This document shows, in pieces, positions 9,277 to 18,107 of a stretch of DNA of 64,000 nucleotides. The DNA is taken from the IMG/VR virus record IMGVR_UViG_3300025161_000007, positions 3,496 to 67,495 of that record; one strand, given 5' to 3'. The stretch comes from a virus. The position numbers and the translations under genes are program-made. The notes under the pieces are model-generated. The model made no database searches. It was not told where the DNA came from and saw only the letters and a list, made by a program, of their open reading frames with translations. Numbering within the stretch: the first letter of the stretch is position 1; the number at the start of each line of letters is the position of its first letter.

Positions 9277-9862
9277 GCTCTTCATCAATGCTTTGCGAGT
9301 CATGGGTAGCCGGCAGCGCAGGGAGTTCCTCCTTCGCCCTGCGCTCCGGCAACACACTGTAGAGCGCATCGACGTAGTCGCGGTCAACGCCCTTCAGTTG
9401 CACCACATCTCCCTCCAGGATGTTGACCGTGACATTGGAAGCCTGCTTGAGGAAGTTCTTGAGGGTCTCTTCCTCCGACATCTCCATATCGTTGTTGACG
9501 CCGGTGATGCGGTAGACCATCTCTACTGCCCACTTGCGTATGGACCAGGGAGCATTGGGGTCCGTCAACGCTTCTGAGAGGGTGCGGTTGGCTACGGGGA
9601 GGAGATCTACGATCCAGTGCAGGGTGGTCTTGCGACGGGGATCAGCCGCCATCTCCTTGATGGCTTCCTTCATGGCATCCTCGTACTCCTTCGTCCTGGT
9701 GATCTTCCTCACCCTGGATTCGGGGATGCCAAGCTCCTCAGAGATCTCCTTATAGGTCTTCTGGGCGAGCACAAGGGTAACCACACGATTGATCAACCCC
9801 AACTCGACGATGGTCGCCATCGGCGCGTTGGGGGTAGCACGCAACTTCGGCATAGACATCAA
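9236..9862 (-). CDS. HTH protein, candidate terminase small subunit
   Basis: N-terminal HTH TYKEISEELGIPESRVRK followed by helical region; own RBS (AGGAG) and TGgTATACT extended -10. Confidence 0.55.
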   Translation of the reverse strand: MMSMPKLRATPNAPMATIVELGLINRVVTLVLAQKTYKEISEELGIPESRVRKITRTKEYEDAMKEAIKEMAADPRRKTTLHWIVDLLPVANRTLSEALTDPNAPWSIRKWAVEMVYRITGVNNDMEMSEEETLKNFLKQASNVTVNILEGDVVQLKGVDRDYVDALYSVLPERRAKEELPALPATHDSQSIDEELIAETPGEPHPSL

Positions 9863-9900
9863 CTCCTATCTCTGTAAGTATACCACAAGGGGGGGAGAAC

Positions 9901-10107
9901 ATGCTGTATCATATCGGACTGATCCGTGAGGGCGAGAAGGTGATTGTCCAGGCGCGCCGCAACATCGACCTCCTGGATGAGGAGCTATGGAGGTATCTTG
10001 GGGTGAGAGACATCACAAAGGAGTACCTCAGGGCAAGCCGGAAGGCGCTATTGGATGCGATCAACCAGAAGTATGGCGCCCAGTTCCAGCGCATTCAGAT
10101 CGACTGA
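9901..10107 (+). CDS. Hypothetical protein
   Basis: GGGAG RBS. Confidence 0.6.
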   Translation: MLYHIGLIREGEKVIVQARRNIDLLDEELWRYLGVRDITKEYLRASRKALLDAINQKYGAQFQRIQID

Positions 10108-10324
10108 AAAGGTTGGCCATGAAGGTTGGGAACACCTGCGTAGAGTTCTACGAGGATGGTGTGCGTATGCGTGGGTATGTCAGGAAGGATTTCACGCTGT
10201 ATCCCGCTCCAGTAAGAAAGGGGAAGCGGCCTGTTTCGGACAGTCTTTGAGAAGGATGAACAGGTGCACTTGATCAGGGATCTTGCGCGCTACTTCGACA
10301 ACATCCGTGAAAAGGAGGTGTATA

Positions 10325-10534
10325 ATGGCCTGGTACCAATACATCAATGGTCAGATGACCGAGGTGCAACCAGACCATCGGGAGTATGCCATATGGTATC
10401 TGGGAACAGCATTGGAGGATGCAGCAACTGTGGTCAGGGAAACCTGGCCTCTCACGGAGGAGGAGATCGACTCGCTGGTGGAGAGCTTCAACAAGCTCTT
10501 GAAGCTCAATCATCGCCATGTCAAGCTGGTATGA
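10325..10534 (+). CDS. Hypothetical protein
   Basis: AAGGAGGTG RBS before ATG 10325. Confidence 0.6.
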   Translation: MAWYQYINGQMTEVQPDHREYAIWYLGTALEDAATVVRETWPLTEEEIDSLVESFNKLLKLNHRHVKLV

Positions 10535-10686
10535 GGGAGATCGGCGAGCTCATCACGAGCGCCTTCTGCGTCTACGGAGGTTTGCTCGACGATCATTCTC
10601 CCAAGCGAGAAATCGCCTCGCAGATCGTTGATCTGGCGATGAAGCTCCAATCCATGTACATCAAGGAGATGGCCGATGCGCTATAA
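10531..10686 (+). CDS. Hypothetical protein
   Basis: ATGA overlap with the upstream gene. Confidence 0.45.
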   Translation: MREIGELITSAFCVYGGLLDDHSPKREIASQIVDLAMKLQSMYIKEMADAL

Positions 10687-10879
10687 GGTCCGCTGTGAGT
10701 GTGGAGAGAGTGAGATCGAGAAGGGAATGCATGATCCGTGGCCACTTTGTCCCATCTGTGGCAATTCTATGCGCCACGTGTTCACCAGTCCTTACATCGT
10801 CTACAACGCTCGCGACTTCTACACCAAAGAGAAGATCATCGATAGCCGTTACCCCATCGATTACGCGCCGGAGGGGTAA
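10676..10879 (+). CDS. FmdB-like zinc ribbon protein
   Basis: Y..RCECG...CPICG...FY.K pattern. Confidence 0.7.
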   Translation: MRYKVRCECGESEIEKGMHDPWPLCPICGNSMRHVFTSPYIVYNARDFYTKEKIIDSRYPIDYAPEG

Positions 10880-10881
10880 GC

Positions 10882-11817
10882 ATGAGAATCCTTGCCGTCG
10901 TCGCCGCGGTCACTGGATGCGAGTACTACCGCATCTATGTGCCCTTCAAGTACCTCAACCGCAATGGGGTAACGGCGCAGATTGCCTATAGCAAGGATAT
11001 GCCGAGGAACGCCAGCCACCTGGCGGACATCCTGGATCGGGAGATCATCGTCCTCCCTCGCATCACGAACGAGGGTACGGGATGGGGGATCGTGCCGGCG
11101 ATTCGTCACGTCTCTCAGGCCAGGGTAGTCTACGAAGCAGATGATGATCTCACCAACAAGTATCGATATGTGGGGGAGGATCCGCTGAGCGTGGCGCGGA
11201 TGTGCGATGCGATGACCGTTACCACACACCGGCTGGCGGAGATCATGGATGTCGGCATCCCCGCCTACGTCTGCCCCAATCACATTGACTTCGAGGTGGT
11301 CCCCACCTGGAACGAGCGTCCAGATGGGGTGCTCATCACCGGATCGCCCTCTCACAAAGACGATTGGGCGCAGATCGTGCCCGCAGTTGAGCAGTTGCTG
11401 AAGGATGGGGTGCGCGTGGTCACGCTAGGCTACCACCCACCCTACCTGGCTGAGCTAGGGGTGCCCAACATCCCGCCACAGAAGTATGTCAACTACCTGG
11501 ATGCCATATCGTCCTTCAAGGTGGGGTTGGCCCCTGTCAACAACGACCCCTTCAATCTTGGCAAGAGCAACATCAAGGCTCTAGAATACATGGCATGCGG
11601 GGTGATCCCTGTCTGCTCAGATCACCCCATCTACCGCGACACGAGCGGGCACTCCCTCCTCGTCAAGGATGGGGATTGGTACGGAGCCATCCGTAAGGCT
11701 CTGGAGCTTCCCTCCTCCAAGCGGAAGGAGAACTACAAGTGGGTGAGGAAGAACTATGACATCGCCAGAGGATACCGCTACTGGCTGGAGGCGTATGAGC
11801 GAATACGCAGACCCTGA
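10882..11817 (+). CDS. Glycosyltransferase, GT-B fold (GT4-like)
   Basis: YEADDDL; FNLGKSNIKALEYMACG. Confidence 0.85.
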   Translation: MRILAVVAAVTGCEYYRIYVPFKYLNRNGVTAQIAYSKDMPRNASHLADILDREIIVLPRITNEGTGWGIVPAIRHVSQARVVYEADDDLTNKYRYVGEDPLSVARMCDAMTVTTHRLAEIMDVGIPAYVCPNHIDFEVVPTWNERPDGVLITGSPSHKDDWAQIVPAVEQLLKDGVRVVTLGYHPPYLAELGVPNIPPQKYVNYLDAISSFKVGLAPVNNDPFNLGKSNIKALEYMACGVIPVCSDHPIYRDTSGHSLLVKDGDWYGAIRKALELPSSKRKENYKWVRKNYDIARGYRYWLEAYERIRRP

Positions 11818-11918
11818 TTGCCCACTCTGTCATGGTACGGGCATTGCGCCGTACAAGGTAGGCGACGTGGAAAGCATCGCGATCTGCCCGTGTGTTACGC
11901 GCAACATGGAGGCGAACG

Positions 11919-12251
11919 ATGATGGATCCTTTCGCTGGGATGCTGGCGATCGGCCTGGAGACTCCCATGCCCTGCACAGTGATTCACGCTGGGAATCGTT
12001 GCGGGACGATGACTAAGCTGGCCTTCGGCAGATCATTCCATACCTTCGGGCTGATGCCATGGGATGATACCGTCGAGATGTGGGTGATTGTCCCCGTCTG
12101 CGAAGGCTGCTACCATCAGATCAACAATCCACCCACAGAGAAGGATGTCGTGTTCGCAGACCCCATGTCGGATGTGGTCTGCGATGAGTTCGATGACGGC
12201 TTCGAGGAATTGGAAGCCGAATGTTCGTACAGGCAAGGAGAAGAGGAATAA
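11919..12251 (+). CDS. Hypothetical Cys-containing protein with acidic tail
   Basis: GGAGG RBS; CxxC motif. Confidence 0.5.
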   Translation: MMDPFAGMLAIGLETPMPCTVIHAGNRCGTMTKLAFGRSFHTFGLMPWDDTVEMWVIVPVCEGCYHQINNPPTEKDVVFADPMSDVVCDEFDDGFEELEAECSYRQGEEE

Positions 12252-12319
12252 ACGGGAAAGACCCGATCTATCCTGAAACAATTATCTACACACTATAAAC
12301 ACAAGCGGAGGAGGATGTC

Positions 12320-13963
12320 ATGCTATCGATCAAGCTCTTCAATGCGACGCCGTGGGATGGGGAGGCGCTGAATCCATGCCTGCTCACTGAGTACGGCGTG
12401 CTCGTTCAGGATGGTTCACAGCAAGCGCAGGTGCTCGCGTATCTCCAGGCCCATCGGCTGACGAAGGATCAGATGAACGAGACATCCTTCTTCCGCTCGT
12501 GGACAAAGGCAGCGACTGTGGATATTCGGGAGCGCCTGCTCCATCAGATGGTGCACTATCTCACCACCTATGGGCTGGGGATGTGGGATTCCCCCTATCT
12601 TCCCCTTGACCAATTTGTCGAGGATGCTCCTGATGGGTCTACCATCTACGTCATCCGTGCGATGCCTCGCAAGGAGATGATCGGCCTTGCCCTGGATGCG
12701 CTCAAGCGCAAGACCGATACCACGGACTATGTGCGCCTGCTCGTCGAGCTTGGCTATGAGTTCACCGGCGAGGAGGAGGTCGGCTCACTGGAGAGCGAGG
12801 TCCTGATCGCCGATCTGACGGGGAAGATGCCACGTGATATCGTTCGTTACCTGATCTACAAGGCAACGGGGGAAACCTTGAAGATCAAGTCGCAGCGTAT
12901 GCTCCAACAGATCGAGCAGTCGAAGTATGAGATCCCCAAGCTCTCGTGTGCGGAGATGGAGCGTGCTGCTGAGAGCTTCCTGAGGGATCGGATGCTATGG
13001 CTGGCCTTCAAGCGTGCCAATCGCAACAATGCGCCCATCGTGAACAAGATCAGGCGGCTGGCGGCACAGCACCACAAGCCATTCGTGGATCCGCTCATCC
13101 GTCGGCTCACATCGGCGAAGGTGAGCCAGGAAGAGCTTATCGCTCTGGCGCGCAAGACAAAGACAGGCGATCTGGCGCGTGCGGTCAATGCCATCCGCAT
13201 CTATAACGCCACGGATGCGCGCGTCTACCGCATTCGCAATGGCAGAACCCATGCCAGGGTCGGGAATCCACCAGTGTCGGTCGCCTACCTGGACATCTTG
13301 ATGGATGAGCTACGCTCTCGCATCAAGTCATATACAGCGCCGGAGGGTATTCATCTGGCGCTTCCAGTCAGCGCCAAGAAGTTCGTTGGAGAGCTACCGG
13401 AGGGAACGGCCATCGACCTTCCTGAGGGGTGTATCGTTGGCATCTACTGGCAAGGCGAGGGGGTTGATCTGGACCTCTCGGCCACCATGCTAGATGGCTA
13501 CTATGTCGGGTGGTACGGGAACTGGCAGGAAAAGGTCGTCTATTCGGGAGATATGACCTCGGCTCCTCACGGAGCCAGCGAGTGGCTATGGTTCAAGGAG
13601 AACACGACCGCGATGATCAACATCAACGCCTTTCGCGCTCCAAAAGACCAGGAGTTTATCCTTACCATAGCTCGCCGCAAGGACAAGCCCGGTAGTCTCT
13701 ACAACTACATGGTGTCTCCCGACGAGGTCATCTTCCAGGAGCGCTTCCAGATCACCCAGCGCCAGATGACCATTGGCCTGGCTCACAACTGGAAGCTGTA
13801 CATTTGCAACGCTGGGACAGGGAATGGGATGGTCGCTGTCGCTGATCCCACCAGGATAGCTTACCTGATCGCAGAGGCTGAAAATGCCTTGCGATTAGAG
13901 GATGTCTCAGTTCGTGAGGAAGGTCCGGTCAATCGAGATCAACTCATCAAGCTGATCTCTTGA
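12320..13963 (+). CDS. 547-aa protein: helical N-terminal region plus TerD-like C-terminal domain (possibly TROVE/Ro60-like architecture)
   Basis: GIYW...VDLDLSA...YSGDMTSAPHGASE is TerD-like; N-terminal QMVHYLTTYG; GGAGGAGG RBS. Confidence 0.65.
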   Translation: MLSIKLFNATPWDGEALNPCLLTEYGVLVQDGSQQAQVLAYLQAHRLTKDQMNETSFFRSWTKAATVDIRERLLHQMVHYLTTYGLGMWDSPYLPLDQFVEDAPDGSTIYVIRAMPRKEMIGLALDALKRKTDTTDYVRLLVELGYEFTGEEEVGSLESEVLIADLTGKMPRDIVRYLIYKATGETLKIKSQRMLQQIEQSKYEIPKLSCAEMERAAESFLRDRMLWLAFKRANRNNAPIVNKIRRLAAQHHKPFVDPLIRRLTSAKVSQEELIALARKTKTGDLARAVNAIRIYNATDARVYRIRNGRTHARVGNPPVSVAYLDILMDELRSRIKSYTAPEGIHLALPVSAKKFVGELPEGTAIDLPEGCIVGIYWQGEGVDLDLSATMLDGYYVGWYGNWQEKVVYSGDMTSAPHGASEWLWFKENTTAMININAFRAPKDQEFILTIARRKDKPGSLYNYMVSPDEVIFQERFQITQRQMTIGLAHNWKLYICNAGTGNGMVAVADPTRIAYLIAEAENALRLEDVSVREEGPVNRDQLIKLIS

Positions 13964-13987
13964 CAGAAATGGGAAGCTGAGGATAAT
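13960..13987 (+). promoter_or_regulatory. Sigma-70-type promoter for the ncRNA array
   Basis: TTGACA (13960-65), 16 nt, GATAAT (13982-87); the predicted start coincides with the first repeat. Confidence 0.65.
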
Positions 13988-13993
13988 AGGCCT

Positions 13994-14172
13994 GGCGCAT
14001 AGAGGGTTCCTTTCGCGCACTTTACAGGCCCATACCCTCCGCGCCAAACGCGCATAGGGAGTTCCTTTCCGCATATTTCAGATGCCCATTACTCCCCGCG
14101 CAGCCCCACATCGCGTATAGAGGGTTCCTTACACGGCTACCTAGCGTAGCCTTGTGCCTACCCTCCGCGCGA
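13994..14172 (+). ncRNA. Array of three structured RNA repeats (13994-14045, 14050-14101, 14111-14172)
   Basis: Consensus GCGY-AUA-GRGRGU-UCCUU-[variable]-CC..U-ACYCYC-C-GCGC; compensatory changes GAGGGU/ACCCUC vs GGGAGU/ACUCCC. Confidence 0.75.
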
Positions 14173-14238
14173 ATGACGGCAGCTTCGCATGGGGCGGTAA
14201 GGAATGGCGGTACAGAGGATTGCTTAGCAGGGGTGCTT

Positions 14239-14281
14239 ACTACAGGTAGTGTCTCTCCACAAGCGAGGCACTACCTGTAGT
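14239..14281. terminator. Long hairpin between the convergent ncRNA array and tRNA
   Basis: ACTACAGGTAGTGTCTC / GAGGCACTACCTGTAGT 17-bp stem. Confidence 0.65.
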
Positions 14282-14287
14282 GTTCAG

Positions 14288-14370
14288 TAGGGCGGGTGGG
14301 GGTCGAACCCACACGTTCTCACGAACAGAGGTTTTTAAGACCTCCGCGTCTGCCATTCCGCCACCGCCCC
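14288..14370 (-). tRNA. tRNA-Leu(TAA), no encoded CCA; probable attP region
   Basis: Acceptor stem GGGGCGG/CCGCCCT; anticodon arm GAGGT-CTTAAAA-ACCTC; long variable arm; GTGGG-TTCGACC-CCCAC T arm; adjacent to the integrase. Confidence 0.92.
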
Positions 14371-14392
14371 ACATATAGTGGTCCTCATCGTC

Positions 14393-14418
14393 TGTGCACA
14401 CAACATATTGTGTACACA
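14393..14418. promoter_or_regulatory. Inverted repeat between tRNA and integrase (operator or Int-binding site)
   Basis: TGTGCACACAA-cata-TTGTGTACACA, one mismatch. Confidence 0.45.
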
Positions 14419-14442
14419 AGCCATTTGGAGGGAGGGAGGCAA

Positions 14443-15339
14443 ATGGCAGTCAAGAGGACTTTGCGCGATGCGCTTCAGGACTATCTAACGTACCTGAAGG
14501 TATCTGGAAAATCGCAAGGTACGCTTCGCTATTACATGGTGAAGGTACCATCGCTCATCGAGTTCCTGGAGTCGCGGGGGGTTCACACCATCGATGGGAT
14601 CACCAGCCAGTTGGTACGCGACTTCATCGCAGAACTCCAGAAGACGCATGAGCCAGGTGGAGTCCATGCCATCTACCGTGGCATCAAAGCCTTTATCCGC
14701 TTCCTCTTTCAGGAAGGGATGATCGACAGCAACCCAATGGAGCGTGTGCGCTACCATGTGGGCGAGCAGGTCCCTCTCGATCCGGTCCCCATTGAGCACA
14801 TATCGGCCATTCTGGATACATGCGGTAGATCGCTGGTTGGCCTGCGTGATCGTGTGGCCATCATGATCCTGACCGATACGGGCGTTAGAGCACAAGAGCT
14901 GCTCAATCTGAACATTGGGGACATTGATCTCTCTGACGGCTCCATCATCGTGCGCAGGGGGAAGTCGTGCAAGCCACGTGTGGTCTTCATCGGCAAGAAG
15001 ACGCGCAGGGTCCTGCTCACGTACCTGAGGATGCGAGAGCCATACTCCAGCAATGATCCCCTCATTGTCTCATTCCCGTCGATGGAGCGCATGTCGTACT
15101 ATGGCTTACGCATCATGGTCAGGAGAAGGGCGATCGAGGCCGGCGTCAAGCCGCCAGTTATCCACGGCTTCCGCAGAACCTTTGCGCTGACGATGCTCAG
15201 AAATGGGGTGGATGTACTGACGCTGAGCAGGCTCATGGGCCACGGCTCCCTTCCCATCTTACTGCGTTACATCAAGCTGGAGAAGGGAGACTTGATCGAG
15301 GCCCACGAGAGTGGATCACCGGTCGACCGGCTGCTTTAG
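14443..15339 (+). CDS. int: Tyrosine recombinase/integrase
   Basis: TGVRAQEL, HGFRRTFA, LMGH and Y catalytic residues; N-terminal SAM-like domain. Confidence 0.95.
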   Translation: MAVKRTLRDALQDYLTYLKVSGKSQGTLRYYMVKVPSLIEFLESRGVHTIDGITSQLVRDFIAELQKTHEPGGVHAIYRGIKAFIRFLFQEGMIDSNPMERVRYHVGEQVPLDPVPIEHISAILDTCGRSLVGLRDRVAIMILTDTGVRAQELLNLNIGDIDLSDGSIIVRRGKSCKPRVVFIGKKTRRVLLTYLRMREPYSSNDPLIVSFPSMERMSYYGLRIMVRRRAIEAGVKPPVIHGFRRTFALTMLRNGVDVLTLSRLMGHGSLPILLRYIKLEKGDLIEAHESGSPVDRLL

Positions 15340-15729
15340 CTGTTCGACCTTGAACCTGATAAAGGCGGCAATGTCATTGAGGTCGTCTCCGGAGATGTTC
15401 ACCTGCTTGCTCACGTCGAGCAGGTCCAGGAGAGCATGTCCGAAGTTATCGCTCATGGAGATCAACGCGCTCAGGAGATGCTCATGAGCGCTCAGTTCTC
15501 CATTGGAGTCGATCATGTCGAAGATCGCCCTGGCTGGCACACCGCAGAACCTGGCGATACTGACGATAGTCTCAGTATCCAGGTTGGTGTGCCACCCTTC
15601 CAGGATATGCGCCAGGGTTGTGTGGGAGATCGGGCTACCATCAGGCTTGATGATGCGCATGGAAGCCTGGCGCACGGAAGTGATCCCTTTGTTCTTGATC
15701 ACTTGTTTCAGGTACTCGTTGAGCTTCAT
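15316..15729 (-). CDS. XRE-like HTH repressor
   Basis: ISHTTLAHILEG...DTETIVSIARFCGV; AGGAGG RBS; next to int and divergent from the replication operon. Confidence 0.7.
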   Translation of the reverse strand: MKLNEYLKQVIKNKGITSVRQASMRIIKPDGSPISHTTLAHILEGWHTNLDTETIVSIARFCGVPARAIFDMIDSNGELSAHEHLLSALISMSDNFGHALLDLLDVSKQVNISGDDLNDIAAFIRFKVEQLKQPVDR

Positions 15730-15745
15730 GGTCCCCCTCCTGCGT

Positions 15746-15824
15746 GGATTATAAACGCGAGGATTGTAAAATGCAACTTCCACGCTGTCGATAGATTTGG
15801 CACTGTCTTCAGAAGTGGTATAAT
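15746..15824. promoter_or_regulatory. Divergent promoters / lysogeny switch
   Basis: Minus: TTGCAT-17-TATAAT (15776-15748). Plus: TTGGCA-16-TATAAT with extended TG (15797-15824). Direct repeats GGATTATAAA/GGATTGTAAA at 15746 and 15761. Confidence 0.7.
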
Positions 15825-15856
15825 AGGCAAGCCCACACCATACTTCAGGAGGAAGC

Positions 15857-16123
15857 ATGTCTGAGATCATCGTCCCCGTCGCCTGTGTCCAATCGCTCCT
15901 GGCCTATAAGGTATCAGAGGTCATGTATGGGCGAGGGGAAATCGAGCGCGACATCGCGGGTGTGTCCATGATCATCATCCCCACCATCCTGATAGCGATC
16001 TTCCGTGGTCCGCTACCAGCGATTGAGGTCACTGCCTCACTCCTGGTCGGAGCTATGGCCGTCGGATTCGGGAAGCTCTATCGGATGTATGAGGATAGGA
16101 GGAACGATGAGTGTCTGCGTTAG
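15857..16123 (+). CDS. Small membrane protein
   Basis: AGGAGG RBS; hydrophobic segments. Confidence 0.6.
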   Translation: MSEIIVPVACVQSLLAYKVSEVMYGRGEIERDIAGVSMIIIPTILIAIFRGPLPAIEVTASLLVGAMAVGFGKLYRMYEDRRNDECLR

Positions 16124-16974
16124 TATCACCGAGTAGCTACCTCCCCACGCTGAAGGAGCGAGCACGGGCAGAGGCGGTTGAGCTACTCACTCGTATCGGA
16201 TCCATGGAGGGATTAACCGAGCCACAGAAGGAAGCGCTCATTCTGGCCCAGACCATCGATATCCTCAACGTGGCTGAGTTCTATGTTGAGATGGCGATGG
16301 GGGAAGTATTCAATGAGATCGAGGCAAAGCAGTTGGCGGGGATGCACCCGTCCGACATGTACCACGACATCGATGACATCGCTGGCGAGTTTGGTATAAG
16401 CCCATCTGAAGTATCTGATCTACGCATTTTGAGTGGCACAGTGGTCCCGTACTTAGCCAGCATAGGCATCGACCCCGTGGAAGCCTGGCGCAGGATCGGC
16501 AAGGCCAAGTTCCGCAGCATCTTGCCGATCCTGCGCATAGCGATCACCGGCAAAGGAGACATGCGTCCAGGTGTCTCCCAGCGTGTTCAGAAGCAGCTAG
16601 AGGAGGTGAGAAAAGATATCACTCTCGCTTACGAGCAGATGGGGAAGCCCTTGCCGGAGGATATGAGCAGAGCCACCGTGGAGTATCTGATCGACATCGC
16701 TTCCGACTTCAGTTGGAGCGATCTCCAGCGCATCATCCACAAGCATGAGGGGGAACCCGTCTGCTTCATTTACGACGACATTGGCAATTCCATGTTCAAG
16801 TTGGAATCTACAATTCACAAGGCGGAGCACGTCGATACGGTTCGCAAGAAGATGGGTGCTTTCGCCGAGATCATCATCAACCGAGGAGCAATCGATGCCC
16901 AAAGTGATTGCGAAGACGATCCTGACGACGATGGAGAACAAGTGGGAAAAGTCCGATGGCGAAGCCTTAGCTGA
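16111..16974 (+). CDS. Hypothetical protein with possible HTH
   Basis: DIDDIAGEFGISPSEVSDL; AGGAGG upstream of GTG. Confidence 0.65.
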   Translation: MSALVSPSSYLPTLKERARAEAVELLTRIGSMEGLTEPQKEALILAQTIDILNVAEFYVEMAMGEVFNEIEAKQLAGMHPSDMYHDIDDIAGEFGISPSEVSDLRILSGTVVPYLASIGIDPVEAWRRIGKAKFRSILPILRIAITGKGDMRPGVSQRVQKQLEEVRKDITLAYEQMGKPLPEDMSRATVEYLIDIASDFSWSDLQRIIHKHEGEPVCFIYDDIGNSMFKLESTIHKAEHVDTVRKKMGAFAEIIINRGAIDAQSDCEDDPDDDGEQVGKVRWRSLS

Positions 16975-17269
16975 GTATGCCGCGCGGGTGTGCTACAACT
17001 CCACCCACGCCATGGGAAGGTCTCCTAACTTCATCCAACAGCGCCTTAAGGAAGGCCATGAGGACGTGATCGAGCATGCCACCTTCACGGTGGAGTTCGA
17101 GGATGAGCCACTCGTATATGGGGAAGCCATGCAACGCTACGGTCGTGTGGATGGCAAGACCATCACTGCCAATGCCCGTGTCTGGCGGCAGGCTTTTCAG
17201 AAGGGAGTCCTCCTCTCTGCTCTCCCACTTCTTAAGGCGGAAGCCCCCGCCTTCTTCGGAGACCTCTGA
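16895..17269 (+). CDS. thyX: ThyX N-terminal part
   Basis: EYAARVCYNS...GHEDVIEHATFT; ends in a TGATG overlap. Confidence 0.75.
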   Translation: MPKVIAKTILTTMENKWEKSDGEALAEYAARVCYNSTHAMGRSPNFIQQRLKEGHEDVIEHATFTVEFEDEPLVYGEAMQRYGRVDGKTITANARVWRQAFQKGVLLSALPLLKAEAPAFFGDL

Positions 17270-17754
17270 TGGTAGAGCTAATCGCACACGCTTTTCCTCT
17301 CATGGGGAAGCCAGAGTATGACCGCTTCACATTCCTCATCGCCTGTTCGCGTGCCTGCTCACACCAGCTGGTACGCCACCGTCGCCTGAGCTTCTCACAG
17401 GCTTCCCAGCGCTACATCGAGTTGGAGAAGGCAGGGTGGGAGTACATCACCCCGCCCTCCATCGAGGCCAACCGTGAGGCAAAGTTCACGCTCATGAAGG
17501 CGTGGAACGATCTGGAGCGGGCCTACGCCAGGCTGCGGGAGATCGGCATCCCCAAAGAGGATGCTCGCTACCTGCTCCCCAACGCCTGCGAGACCAGGTT
17601 GGTGGTCACAGGCTACCTGGATGAATGGCAGCACTTCCTCTCGCTACGCGCAGATAAGGCCGCACAGTGGGAGATTCGCAATATCGCTATGCACATCAAG
17701 GAGGAGATCGAGAGAACCTATGCAGTTCACGGAATTCGCCTACAAACGCTTTGA
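17269..17754 (+). CDS. thyX: FAD-dependent thymidylate synthase ThyX, catalytic part
   Basis: SHQLVRHRRLSFSQASQRY; EDARYLLP; AQWEIR. Confidence 0.92.
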   Translation: MVELIAHAFPLMGKPEYDRFTFLIACSRACSHQLVRHRRLSFSQASQRYIELEKAGWEYITPPSIEANREAKFTLMKAWNDLERAYARLREIGIPKEDARYLLPNACETRLVVTGYLDEWQHFLSLRADKAAQWEIRNIAMHIKEEIERTYAVHGIRLQTL

Positions 17755-18007
17755 GATCGCTGGCCAGAAGTACGTCAACCCCGATGGCACCAACCAGGCC
17801 ATGAGCCGTGACAACGTGCTCGACATCCTGGAGGAACTCGCCGATGCCTACATCATCGCTCGCCTGGGAACGATGCGTGGCATCTCGATCTGTCCCAAGA
17901 TCGCATCCAGGCTAGAAGACTTAGGAGAGGAGATTCTCGATGAGTACCGCTACATCCCAGAAGGCTACAAAGTGGAGTCGGTCGAACGGATCGTCCGCCC
18001 AGTGTAG
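17720..18007 (+). CDS. Possible all-alpha NTP pyrophosphatase-like protein
   Basis: GQKY...ILEELADAY motif. Confidence 0.45.
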   Translation: MQFTEFAYKRFEIAGQKYVNPDGTNQAMSRDNVLDILEELADAYIIARLGTMRGISICPKIASRLEDLGEEILDEYRYIPEGYKVESVERIVRPV

Positions 18008-18107
18008 CCATACGTGGAAGCTGGTCAAGACCTTCAAAGAAGGCAACAAGACAAAGGGTGTTTTCGAGTGCCCCAAGTGTGGGGCTATTACCACTTCGAC
18101 CTTATAG
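17940..18107 (+). CDS. Micro zinc-ribbon protein
   Basis: CSHTW...FECPKCG. Confidence 0.45.
   Translation: MSTATSQKATKWSRSNGSSAQCSHTWKLVKTFKEGNKTKGVFECPKCGAITTSTL

Noticed and set aside
13994-14172. CRISPR array
   Set aside because: Units are self-pairing with covarying stems rather than identical direct repeats with unique spacers; no cas1/cas2 or effector genes are present.
14296-14442. N-terminal extension of the integrase
   Set aside because: It is the antisense of tRNA-Leu; the real start is 14443 with a GGAGG RBS.
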